Of a DNA stretch of 64,000 nucleotides, positions 1 to 11,150 are shown piece by piece (positions within the stretch are counted from its first letter, which is position 1; every line of letters starts with the position of its first letter). Location: assembly GCF_964204645.1 (NCBI RefSeq), contig NC_134031.1, forward strand, positions 620,001-684,000, given 5' to 3'. The notes under the pieces were generated by a model. The model was not told the DNA's origin. It ran no database searches and saw only the letters and a list, made by a program, of their open reading frames with translations. Source of the stretch: Tubulanus polymorphus (lineage: Eukaryota; Animalia; Nemertea). The translations under genes were made by a program, and so were the position numbers.

Positions 1-210
1 ATAACTACACTAGCTCAAGGAATACAGTATTCCTGAAGATGACTATTAGGATAAAGTCGAAACATTGAATAAACTACACTAGCTCAAGGAATACAGTATT
101 CCTGAAGATGACTATTAGGATAAAGTCGAAACATTGAATAAACTACACTAGCTCAAGGAATACAGTATTCCTGAAGATGACTATTAGGATATAGTCGAAA
201 CGTTGAATAA
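1..210 (+). ncRNA. Tandem array (3 x 69 bp, truncated by window edge) of minimal type I hammerhead ribozyme motifs, Penelope/retrozyme-like
   Basis: CTGAAGA at 33, 102 and 171. Copy 3: TATTC-CTGAAGA-T-GACTAT-loop-ATAGTC-GAAA-CG-TT-GAATA, giving stem I (TATTC/GAATA), stem II (GACTAT/ATAGTC), conserved CUGANGA/GAAA core and palindromic ACGT stem III. Confidence 0.7.
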
Positions 211-712
211 ACTTCGGAAAATTTTTAAACTCTTTTTTCATTCTATTAGGCCGTGGTTAAAACACGGATTCATGGAATTTCTTATGAATCGTTTGTTGTT
301 TACCCCTAGAACCAACAAATTACTTTTCAAAAAGTCATCTACGTACGTTTTTAAGTACAGTAGACGCTTTGAATTATGATACCGGCGTAGGATACGACCC
401 GGAACGTCATAACGATATCTAACATTAAATCTCCAGATGTTTCCCGACAACATCGGCTGATTTTGTCGTAACTCATCAAAAAAAAAGAACTCGTCAACAC
501 GAGCCGCCGACAACGAATTGACCCGACGACTAATTTATGTCGTTCGCAGTCATGTTTTGATTCCCCGCTAAACAGTCCATATAGTTAAAGCCTTGATTAT
601 GAAACCTGTAAGTTGGGTTTGAGATGGTTGATGTGGTCTGAGAGACTCCTCTCAGCTGCTTTTCAAATTCTCAAACCCTAGAGGTGTGATATTTGTGTAA
701 CGCTACGCTTAC

Positions 713-838
713 CTTGCCGTATTGAGCTCCTTTCGCGTACAGATAACCAGCTTTATATTTTATGAGAACTTGTAGGATTAATTTCGGTCCCCAACAGAGC
801 AGAAATATGACGACCAAAGTAATTAGCATTCTGATCAC
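713..838 (-). CDS. Class A peptide GPCR, coding exon 5 (TM6, ECL3)
   Basis: ttttttcAG acceptor, GTAAGC donor, 126 nt phase 0-0; VIRMLITLVVIFLLCWGPKLILQVLIKYKAGYLYAKGAQYGK with CWxP motif; not in ORF track. Confidence 0.92.
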
Positions 839-858
839 CTGAAAAAATAGAAAATATC

Positions 859-1096
859 AACATGAAACACGACCAGAGATTCTTAACATGAAACACGGCC
901 AGAGATTCTAAACATGAAATACGGCCAGAGATTCTTAACATGAAACACGACCAGAGATTCTAAACATGAAACACGACCAGAGATTCTTAACATGAAACAC
1001 GGCCAGAGATTCTAAACACGAAACACGACCAGAGATTCTAAACATGAAACACGACCAGAGATTCTAAACATGAAACACGACCAGAGATTCTAAACG
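859..1096. repeat. Minisatellite, ~26-27 bp unit AACATGAAACACGACCAGAGATTCTA x ~9
   Basis: Direct tandem copies abutting the polypyrimidine tract of GPCR exon 5. Confidence 0.9.
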
Positions 1097-2710
1097 ATCA
1101 TTATGGGAGGGGTACAAACAGTACCCTTATATGAATTTGAGATTTTGTTTTTACCGGTTTTAGATTTTCTGGCAATGAAATAACTTGTATACATTTCAAG
1201 TCTTTCACCAAAGAATTTCTACACCGAGAACCAGGAAATATTAGAAGAGGTTTTTATTGTGTTTATTCTTTTGTGAAAAGGCTTCAGTCGATTCGTTCAA
1301 CGAAGTATCAATTGAATTGGATTGATATGTCGATCAGGTGGCGGTAATGTCGAATCGGTGAACTGGTTAATAATTATTCAAAGACCTGCATGAGACCCCT
1401 TTGTTTACATATAAAACGTGTTGTAATAGTTTCTCTGCGTGTTGACGGAAACAGAAAGCTGTTTTATCGCTCAAGAATAAAACGATAATTAAACGCTCAT
1501 TTTAAAGTTGATCGATCGAGGAGGAGCGCTTCACTGGCACGCGAGTAGCGGCGCGCGTCGTTTAACTGTGAATGAAACACGAATCACAGTCGTGATTACT
1601 GTCGACCGATTTGTAACGATTACAGATCGAGATAGAGAATTAATTGCAATCCATTCGTTTGGTAACCGTCAGTGGAATATCTGCGAGGTATAACACGCGA
1701 ATGGTATAGCAGAGCAGCGTTTACGTACACACGAGATGTGTCACTCACTACCTCTCATACCCCGGGTACATTCAACACCTTTTGATTAGCTATTTTTTAT
1801 TTGCCAGCTTCATAATTATGCTGAGATAAATTGTCACCAGAAGATAAATTGATAGGTGAGGGCAGTGCTGAATACTCACTTCTCGCGTATGCGGTGATAT
1901 TGCGTGCATTCTGTATGAATGATAACAAACTCTTACCACAACTCGAACTATTACATTAATATGTTATTTATTAGTAATAATATGTTCACAACCAGAGTTG
2001 ACTTCTGTCTGTCTGTCTGTCTGTCTTCATCGCGAGGGTTACAGTCAGCCACCACAAGTACATAGACTAGAGCAGGTGGGGCGAATGGTGGGTAGGTGGG
2101 TAGGTGGGGAGGGAGGGAGGGAGGGAGGGAGGGGGTGCAATTGTTGTTGTTTGTGCAATCACTCGAACAAACTGGTGTCCGGTCATTACTCGTACCGTGC
2201 GCAAACTCATTTTGACACTGACAATCTATCACGTGTTACCCGCACACATTTACTCTTCCGTCTCCCTAAACCTAATAACAGGCCAGCTCTGATAGCAGAG
2301 TTTCTCTGTAATGTAATTACAGTTCGATCGCCCCATCATCAACCGCGATGTCTGACATCAACATCGTTACTAGTTAACACTGATCTACAGGATGCCGGAC
2401 ATCCAATCATCAACCAAACACAGCGCGCTGGTGACACAAACTGCTGCGGTCCATCGTCAATCGGGGGAAAAAATTTCGCCATATTGTCCGCGGCGAAATT
2501 GACAGGATTATCGACAGCGACCGAGATGTGAGTGGCTGCAGTAACTAGAAAAAGTCATAAAGCAACTTTTCCTAATTTACGCGCGTGTGATCTGTGCTGC
2601 TTATCACAACATAACCGACCATCAAATACACACGATATTCGTATTACAACCTGTCTGTCACGTGGCCGCTGAGATTGAAGTGAATGTCACCTGGCTGACT
2701 ATAGCTGCTA

Positions 2711-2868
2711 GCTGAGCCAACTTCGGCAATCAGAATTAGTCGAATATAGTCAAACTAAGTGAAACCAAAAATGTCAGTTTAGTCGGAACTATATCCCGGG
2801 ATTTAAGCGCATTCGGTTATTAGTTCCGACCACTAGTCGACTAGATACGAAAACCGAATTTGGCCCTG
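2711..2868. mobile_element. Dispersed short repeat (MITE-like); inverted homologue at ~37053-37204
   Basis: Shared segments, e.g. CCACTAGTCGACTAGATACGAAA / TTTCGTATCTAGTCGACTAGTGG and GAGCCAACTTCGG / CCGAAGTTGGCTC. Confidence 0.6.
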
Positions 2869-3076
2869 GCAATCAAGCGCATCACGACATCGGTCGAATA
2901 AAGGTGTAATCATGACCAGTAAGAGCGGTTGGGGGTTTGAGGTCCTATCCAAAGAACATAAGACGCGACGGTGATTTAGTTGTCATTTAGAGTAGGGGTG
3001 ATTAGTTAGTAGGAAGACAGTTTTACGACTCCTATAGAAACAGAAGTTGCACAAGCTCGTATGATTAAAGCATCTG

Positions 3077-3203
3077 GGGCCAGTTGCTCAAAGGTTGGTT
3101 AAAGATAACCAGTGGATAAATACGCCAGTAACAATCAAGTTTTAATCGTCACTATGTCAACTATCCACTGGTTATCTCTAACCAACTTTTGAGCAACTGG
3201 CCC
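3077..3203. mobile_element. MITE with ~42-bp TIRs and CTG TSD (PIF/Harbinger-like); degenerate relatives at ~8243-8365, ~52444-52588, ~54113-54232
   Basis: CTG|GGGCCAGTTGCTCAAAGGTTGGTTAAAGATAACCAGTGGATA ... TATCCACTGGTTATCTCTAACCAACTTTTGAGCAACTGGCCC|CTG. Confidence 0.75.
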
Positions 3204-3268
3204 CTGGTTACTAGAAATGCGACCACAGTGGGCATCATGCATCATCTATTAGTGTTTCTAATACTGAC

Positions 3269-3428
3269 CTGTTTTCTGGCCTCCTGTACAGCGACGCTAT
3301 GTTCCTTCGCTGCCGTGCTGATAACACCCCTCTGACTGTAAACACTGCCCGCTAGTGACGTAGATTTACCGCTATCCTGGAAGGTCGAGGCCAACCTTTG
3401 ACGCGACTCGGCGTCGCTACTCTGACTG
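3269..3428 (-). CDS. Class A peptide GPCR, coding exon 4 (Ser/Thr-rich ICL3)
   Basis: tttTAG(CAG) acceptor, GTCAGT donor, 160 nt phase 2-0; SSQSSDAESRQRLASTF...VQEARKQ links TM5 to TM6 in frame. Confidence 0.85.
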
Positions 3429-4161
3429 CTAAAACACAGAAATACCGATATTCGTGACATCCTTAATTTCCCATCCTAACTGTCGTATAATTTAGAAAAA
3501 AAATAGTTTATGATAAGTGAAGAAACCTGAGAAAATTTGCAGTTTATGTAAAGTAGACTCGACTCGAGTCAGATCCTATCAACTCGTAGATAACTGTTCA
3601 GTTTGGATGTGTTTTTAAACAATTTTATCAAGTCGGACACATTTTTACAGTTCCATAAAAGACTTAAGCGGATTTATTATGATTTATTTGAAGATTAATT
3701 TTCATCAAAATCATTTTCAAATAAATCTGGAGAAGGGTAAAAGCATTTTATCCTGATACCTTAGTGTAACAAATTATCTTCAATATCGTGCGTCTTTAAA
3801 ACGTGCCCTTAAACAAATTCTCCCAAGACTGTTTCAAATTTAAAGATTTCAAAATTTCGCTCGAATTAAATTCGAATGAATCGTGTTTTGTTCCCTGATG
3901 CAGGAAATTCCATCGATGAACAAACGGCGAAAATATTTTTCAATCTTTCATTTCTCAAAATAAAGAAGATAGAATCGAGACAGGAGGATTGGTTGCGCAA
4001 TTTAATTGCGCAATGTCGTCTGAATTTCCACCGGAGGGATTTTGAAACCGGCAATTTTTATCCCCCGCCGCCGACGATCTAACTAACCCTAGAACAAATC
4101 TAGCGAAACCTTTGAAAACTTGTTGATGAAACGCGATATAAATATAGGCGATAGTTTTTAC

Positions 4162-4379
4162 CTTTGATGACGAGTCATCAGCGCGAGTTGTCTAGTACTA
4201 ACCCACAACACGTAGACGACCACCGAATAACAGAAAGCCATGATGAAAGAAGGAACGATAAACATGATGCACAGTTGATACCAGGCATACGCGATACGAC
4301 CTTCATCGTGTACGTTATCGACACACATTAAAACAATCACTCGTGTGTCGTTTTTAAACCATTTTGTCAAATCATAACC
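4162..4379 (-). CDS. Class A peptide GPCR, coding exon 3 (ECL2 Cys, TM5)
   Basis: ttgacAG acceptor, GTAAAA donor, 218 nt phase 0-2; GYDLTKWF...MC...AYAWYQLCIMFIVPSFIMAFCYSVVVYVLW. Confidence 0.92.
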
Positions 4380-5334
4380 CTGTCAAATAAACACGAAATA
4401 ATATACAGACATTTCTAGTTAGAAATTCCAATATTTGATAAGAAGATTCATTTCTACAGTTGTGAGTTTGAATTATAAACTCTCCGTTGAAATTAGTTCA
4501 TTTTCGATCGGGTTCAATCAGGCACCGGATCCTGATATCGAATTCAAACTTGTTAGGTTTTTGATATTGATTTTTAACGGTCTCTAATGATTTCGACGGA
4601 AATTTCATGTCCAGCTAAATTTTGATACATTTTGTTATTATATTTGCATATATTGGGTTTTCATTGACCACCACTCATTGTGGTTTCTCTACTATTTCGG
4701 TGGATTGCCCTGGGGTGGATTGGGGTGGAATTCAGGGTGGATAGATCATTATTCCACGAAGCCGCTTCTGGAGAATCCAATAAAGACTAATAGCCCGTTA
4801 ACCGGTGAACTTCCGGTGACCGAGGCGCGGTCTATGCGTGATTGCGTTAATCTGTATGGTGGCGCGGGAGGAGATGACGGTGGCGCGGAAGGACATGTTG
4901 CCACCGTGCTCAGAATCAGTCAAACAATCACAGAGATTAATCACCCGTTTGTGACGAGAGTCAATGGCTCCGACTACATCTTAACAGTGATGAATAAGAA
5001 ATCTGTTGAATTGGATATCAAACAGTATCTAGTTATAGATATATCACAAGGACGACTTGAGAGTTGTGTGAGAGAGAGAGAGAGTAGGTCAAACAGACGG
5101 TTTGTTTGAGAGGAGGGGCAAGGAGAAGGTTAGAAAGAGACTATCATCAACTCTGCGAGCTTCACTTGTACTGAATTTCCTATGAATTTTTTTCATGGAT
5201 ATAGATATAATGACAAATCGTTTTATAACAATTAGAACAATTCCAACTAAACCGTTTTGAGCCTAAACTATTCCATGAAACCGGACCTAGATGTCTATGT
5301 GACCCTTGATTTAAGGAGATCCCCCTATGGGCAA

Positions 5335-6180
5335 TCTACCTATACCTGTATTGGTATAGCCCCCCCCCTCCACGGGATGAGTAAATCTACATACCTGTAT
5401 TGGTATAGCCCCCCCCCCTCCACGGGATGAGTAAATCTACCTACCTGTATTGGTATAGCCCCCCCTCTCCACGGGATGAGTAAATCTACCTACCTGTATT
5501 GGTATACCCCCCCTCCACGGGATGAGTAAATCTACCTACCTGTATTGGTATAGCCCCACCCCCTCCACGGGATGAGTAAATCTACCTACCTGTATTGGTA
5601 TAGCCCCCCCCCTCCACGGGATGAGTAAATCTACCTACCTGTATTGGTATAGCCCCCCCTCTCCACGGGATGAGTAAATCTACCTACCTGTATTGGTATA
5701 CCCCCCCTCTCCACGGGATGAGTAAATCTACCTATACCTGTATTGGTATAGCCCCCCCTCTCCACGGGATGAGTAAATCTACCTACCTGTATTGGTATAC
5801 CCCCCCTCCACGGGATGAGTAAATCTACCTACCTGTATTGGTATAGCCCCACCCCCTCCACGGGATGAGTAAATATACCTACCTGTATTGGTATACCCCC
5901 CCCTCCACGGGATGAGTAAATCTACCTACCTGTATTGGTATAGCCCCCCTCCACGGGATGAGTAAATCTACCTACCTGTATTGGTATAGCCCCACCCCCT
6001 CCACGGGATGAGTAAATATACCTACCTGTATTGGTATAGCCCCCCTCCACGGGATGAGTAAATCTACCTACCTGTATTGGTATAGCCCCCCCTCCACGGG
6101 ATGAATAAATCTACCTACCTGTATTGGTATACCCCCCTCTCCACGGGATGAGTAAATCTACCTACCTGTATTGGTATAGC
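5335..6180 (-). repeat. Minisatellite (~46-51 bp x 17) whose unit includes the 3' end and splice donor of GPCR exon 2
   Basis: Minus-strand unit (GC)TATACCAATACAG|GTAGGTAGATTTACTCATCCCGTGGAG(G)n; 17 CCACGGGATG cores counted. Confidence 0.9.
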
Positions 6181-6289
6181 TGGTGATGAAAGGAGGAATG
6201 AAAAAAACCAGACGATCACAATAATGATGATCGTGTGACCGAATGTAAACCACGATCTGGCGCGCATCGGGTGAACTATTACTATATAT
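6166..6289 (-). CDS. Class A peptide GPCR, coding exon 2 (ERY motif completion, ICL2, TM4)
   Basis: ttgtAG acceptor, GTAGGT donor, 124 nt phase 2-0; (R)YIVIVHPMRARSWFTFGHTIIIIVIVWFFSFLLSSPAIPIQ. Confidence 0.93.
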
Positions 6290-6536
6290 CTACAATATAA
6301 AAACAACACCATATTCAAATAGAGTGAAGAAAGTAGACGATTCAGATTTAAAAATCACCAAAGACAGGATTTTACATTCTATCAGGTTTTATAAATCGCA
6401 TCGGACCTGGATCTCAGTTAAACTCAGTTAACCTGGCTATACGTATAATTTCAGGGACTTTCCTTCGGTAATCTAATTCCATGTAAGGTATCGTATCATT
6501 ATTTTCGGTTTAGTATATATTTACCGGCACCGGCAA

Positions 6537-6700
6537 CTGATACTGATACTGGTACTGGTACTGGTACTGGTACTGGTACTGGTACTGGTACTGGTACTGG
6601 TACTGGTACTGGTATTGGTACCGGTACCGGTACCGGTACCGGTACTGGTACTGGTACTGGTACTGGTACTGGTACTGGTACTGATACTGGTTCTGGTACT
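6537..6700. repeat. (GGTACT)n hexanucleotide microsatellite
   Basis: Direct reading; explains the PV and QY repeat ORFs. Confidence 0.95.
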
Positions 6701-9114
6701 GATTTAAAGACACCTGTTCGCATCATTAGAGGCACACCCCGATGAAGTGAGCGCCGATATACGATTTCCTCCCCGGGAAATTGCGATCAACTTATCGATT
6801 TTCAATTCAGTGAATGCAGCAGCTCTGTCTACGTGGTTTTGTTTTTTTTTAAATACTTTTGAAAGCCATTAACGTCGACTGAATAACGGCTGTAAACTTA
6901 TAAATAAATCTTTAACGAGCTACTTTTACAAGTCGTCAGGGAGCAGGAAATTAGCTTGTAATTGATATCGTATATGTAATCGCGAGCGGCCATTTCGTTT
7001 AAATATTCACACGGCGACGAAAAAAACATTATTGTGTCGAATAACTGCATAGAACGACAGAGGCTTCAACAGTGGCGCTGCAAGTGTTGCAAATCATGCT
7101 ACTCTTGACAACAAAACCATAAAATCATGGCCATAAAATACGCTACGCACACCGATAGAAGGATTAAAGTCTTTTCGCCACCGGACTCGATTCGCTTTTA
7201 GCAGTGATACTTAGAAAACGATTTCTAGAGTCCTGGCTATATCACTGAGCACAGCACGACCTGCGTGCGCAACCTCTCGACGTATAAAATTGACATCCGG
7301 TTCGCTTAAGAGTTATCGGATGAGAATATTAAGGACGTCGGGATATTATACCTGAGACCTGACTGTTCCCTGAGAGGTTTAGTAACAGAGTTCAAAACAG
7401 GGTCGAGTGCCAAACACGTGACATCAGGTACCAACAGATAGTATGAAAACAGTAGAAATGATAATAGAACAAAAAGTAGAAACTGTGTTTAATGAAATAC
7501 AAGAATTGTGAGAAAATAAGTTATCATAGAGTTTGATTTTATAGTCGAAAATCTAAGATATAGTTGCATGATTGGTGGTCGAATCATAGACGTTTCTTCC
7601 ATGGTCAAACTAACAGCATTTTCTGTTTAGTTTTAGTTGGAAATTGTAACGATCTTGACGTATGGGGGGATTGGAAATTTCGATTGCGGTTCGTGTAACA
7701 AGCTTCCAAACGGCCTGAAACACGGCAATCCACTGATTGGAGTTATTGTTCTATTTATATTATTATCCAATTTTTTACGGAAAAAGACAATTCAATGCTG
7801 GATCTATAGAAAAGCTGCAGTTCACTGAATTTGCGGCAGTTGTTATTTTACTTGCCGCTATAATTGATCCAACCTACGTCAACAAGCAAAATACATGTAA
7901 TGTTTGACACAGCGATCATCAGCGAAGCGGTCAGTCTCATAAGACATATCAATACCATGCTTCTCCGAGCGAGTAAGGCCGGTAACGAATGACATTTACG
8001 TCTATTTGATCAATATTCCGGGGTTTGTTTTTTACTAAGACACAGCCCAACGTCTGTTTGTTCGGTTACGGAAAAAGCAAAACAATCTACATAATAATTT
8101 CGGGAATTTTCAGGTTCTGTAGCAGCAGCCCCGGGGGTCAGATACTCAAAAAGGTCTGTTTAGATTTAACCATCTAAGAGTCGTTGCTCAAAATATTGTA
8201 GAGATATCCAGAGGATGTCTGTGGTAATTATAAGTAGCTACAATTGCTCACAAAAGTTGGTTAAAGATAACCGGCCGGATAAAAACCATATGACAATGAT
8301 CTGTCAATTGTCACTATGTCAATTATCCACTGGTTTACTCTAACCTTTCAGAAACTGCAGCCCCTGATAAATACCATGGACATTCACTTGTTAACTCTAA
8401 CAGTCTTGTGAGCGACCCCAGCAGCCTTTGAAAATACCTGGCTACAGGCATATGAACCCTGAATCAAAGGTAGCAGCATTATCCAAAGAACTACCAACTA
8501 TTTATTATTTGGGAGATCTATTGGTAAAATTGTCAAAATCCCCTTTCGCTCATTGATTCAATGATCAAGTTTTCATCGCCATCACGAGTACTATCCATCA
8601 GTCAATCTCTTAACATCGCTAGAGAATCTCATCGTGCAGCAAAAAAAAACATAAAAAGAGAAAATAGTTTTGAGTGGGAGTTTAGTTGAACAATCGGAGC
8701 ACGTGTTTATTCCAGTCACGTGAGTGATTGTATTTTTAATGTAGAATAGTTGGAGTGTGTGATCAGTTTGTGGTTTGTTAGATCTCAGGTAAAGAATAAG
8801 TAATTTCCGGGTCTTGTCGCCGTTCGTCACTGTGCAGCTCGGATTGCGCTGTAGGTCCGCCGCGCGCCACGCCAACTGAAATGCATTCTCAATTTGTAGG
8901 TTTCACTTGATAATAGTCAAAGTTTAACTACATTTTAGGGCAGAATTTCATCACAGCGGATTCAGAAGTAATTGATATTTTCTACGGATTCGTTAAATTT
9001 TCCATTCAGTTTTGAGCCATTGAGCTGCGAGTAGAACTCTTAGCTTCACTATTTATCGTGATATTATAGCTAGATTTAGGCACTGGATCCAATTCAAAGT
9101 AGGTTAAAATTAAT

Positions 9115-9308
9115 GATACCTTGTTTCTCCGAATCGACCAGGTTGTTTTGTAAACCGCAATAAAATTTGTAATCAGTTCATTTCTATCATTGCCGGGTCT
9201 GTTATTGTTAGCTTGATCACGATTTAAAAGAAACGTAATGTACAGGGTAGATAGGCAGCCGGTTGGGTCAACTTATAAGCTCAGTCGATATGAGAGAAAC
9301 AAGGTATC
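9115..9308. mobile_element. MITE with 15-bp TIR GATACCTTGTTTCTC; inverted second copy at ~39296-39478
   Basis: Perfect terminal inverted repeat; internal homology to the 39.3-kb copy (TGTAATCAGTTCAT, GCCGGGTCTG, AGCTTGATCA). Confidence 0.7.
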
Positions 9309-10189
9309 AACTATTTTAGCCTTAAATTTTCACTTAATTTGAAACCAGTTCCACAATTGGTCGTATTTTGAATTATGCCAATTCTCGACTCGTAGTTTTT
9401 ATGAATAGCTTAAGAAATGTTATAAAGATTTAGAATTCTCTCGCATGCGACGCAGTAGAAAGCCAATTCCGGCGTGGTTACCTTTTACCCGCGAGACAAA
9501 ATGACTTTTCAAGTTTCACGAATTCAAATTTCTGTTCGACACGCAACAGAATCAAATATTGCAACACTTAACCCCTTCCCCACCCCTAGCTCCCCTAACC
9601 CCCCCCCCCCCCGGATGACAGGCGCACACAGTCGGGTTTGAATTGCATTTCAATATGCCTAGACTGTCAACGTTCACTTGAAACAAATGATCCCAGTCGC
9701 AGACGATAGAGTCCAATTAGTGTTCAAACTATTCTGATAACCTTGAATTAAGCTCGAAACAAGTATATGTAAAACAAGCATGTTATATCCTCAGCGAGAA
9801 TGTGGTGCAATCAGAAACACAATTCAGGAGCCCTTCCACCTGATGATGGCTGTTAGTCAACAGCCGGAATTTCTAGTCTAACAAATTTCCAAAATCATTT
9901 CTCATAAATTTTCAGCATTTCGTAATTTTAAATGAATATGAATTATAAACTTTTCAACTGTAGTTCAATTTCTGATTTGTCCTGTTAATCGTATAAAAAC
10001 GACTGACGCTTTGTACGAGGGAGAATTGATGACAATCTGAAGGCGGCGTATTCAGTCATTCACTGAACAGAACGTGGTTGCGCAACTATGGAAATCTTAA
10101 CTAGCGATAAATTGAGGCAATAACTGCTGATTACGCCTGCAAGTGTGAAATGCGTTTTGTCTTTTGTTAATTAGTCGCTGTAAGACACA

Positions 10190-11150
10190 GGGAGACGGCG
10201 AGGAGAGAGGAGCGAGGGAGAGGAAGAGCAAGGGGAGAGGGAGACAGTGAGAGGAACGAGATGAGAGATGGAGAGGGGTGAGAAGAGGGAGAGAAGACAG
10301 TGAGGGGAGAGGGGAGAGGGATAGAGAGAGAGAGAGAGGGGGAGAGGTAGGCAGTGAGAGGAGATGGGTAGAGAGAGGTGAGAAGAGGGGGGAGAGGTAG
10401 GCAGTGAGAGGAGATGGGTAGAGAGAGGTGAGAAGAGGGGGGAGGTAGGCAGTGAGAGGAGATGGGTAGAGAGAGGTGAGAAGAGGGGGAGAGAGGTAGG
10501 CAGTGAGAGGAGATGGGTAGAGAGAGGTGAGAAGAGAGGGGAGAGGTAGGCAGTGAGAGGAGATGGGTAGAGAGAGGTGAGAAGAGAGGGGAGAGGTAGG
10601 CAGTGAGAGGAGATGGGTAGAGAGAGGTGAGAAGAGGGGGGAGAGGTAGGCAGTGAGAGATGGGTAGAGAGAGGTGAGAAGAGGGGGAGAGGTAGGCAGT
10701 GAGAGGAGATGGGTAGAGAGAGAGGTGAGAAGAGGGGGGAGAGGTAGGCAGTGAGAGGAGATGGGTAGAGAGAGAGGTGAGAAGAGGAGGGAGAGGTAGG
10801 CAGTGAGAGGAGAGAGAGAGGTGAGAAGAGGAGGGAGAGGTAGGCAGTGAGAGGAGAGAGAGAGGTGAGAAGAGGAGGGAGAGGTAGGCAGTGAGAGGAG
10901 ATGGGTAGAGAGAGAGGTGAGAAGAGGAGGGAGAGGTAGGCAGTGAGAGGAGATGGGTAGAGAGAGAGGTGAGAAGAGGAGGGAGAGGTAGGCAGTGAGA
11001 GGAGAGAGAGAGGTGAGAAGAGGAGGGAGAGGTAGGCAGTGAGAGATGGGTAGAGAGAGAGGTGAGAAGAGGAGGGAGAGGTAGGCAGTGAGAGGAGAGA
11101 GAGAGGTGAGAAGAGGAGGGAGAGAGGTAGGCAGTGAGAGGAGATGGGTT
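10190..11150. repeat. Purine-rich satellite, ~34-42 bp unit GAGAGGTAGGCAGTGAGAGGAGATGGGTAGAGAGAGGTGAGAAGAGG
   Basis: More than 20 degenerate tandem units; source of the spurious 375-aa and 354-aa Leu/Ser/Pro ORFs. Confidence 0.92.

Noticed and set aside
238-513. ORF containing NPCF as possible GPCR TM7 exon
   Set aside because: No hydrophobic helix before NP and no NPxxY; TM7 is more likely outside the window
1998-2531. 177-aa plus-strand ORF (also 4678-5109)
   Set aside because: Antisense within GPCR introns, includes simple repeats, no recognisable domain
6499-6735. PV and QY repeat ORFs
   Set aside because: (GGTACT)n microsatellite
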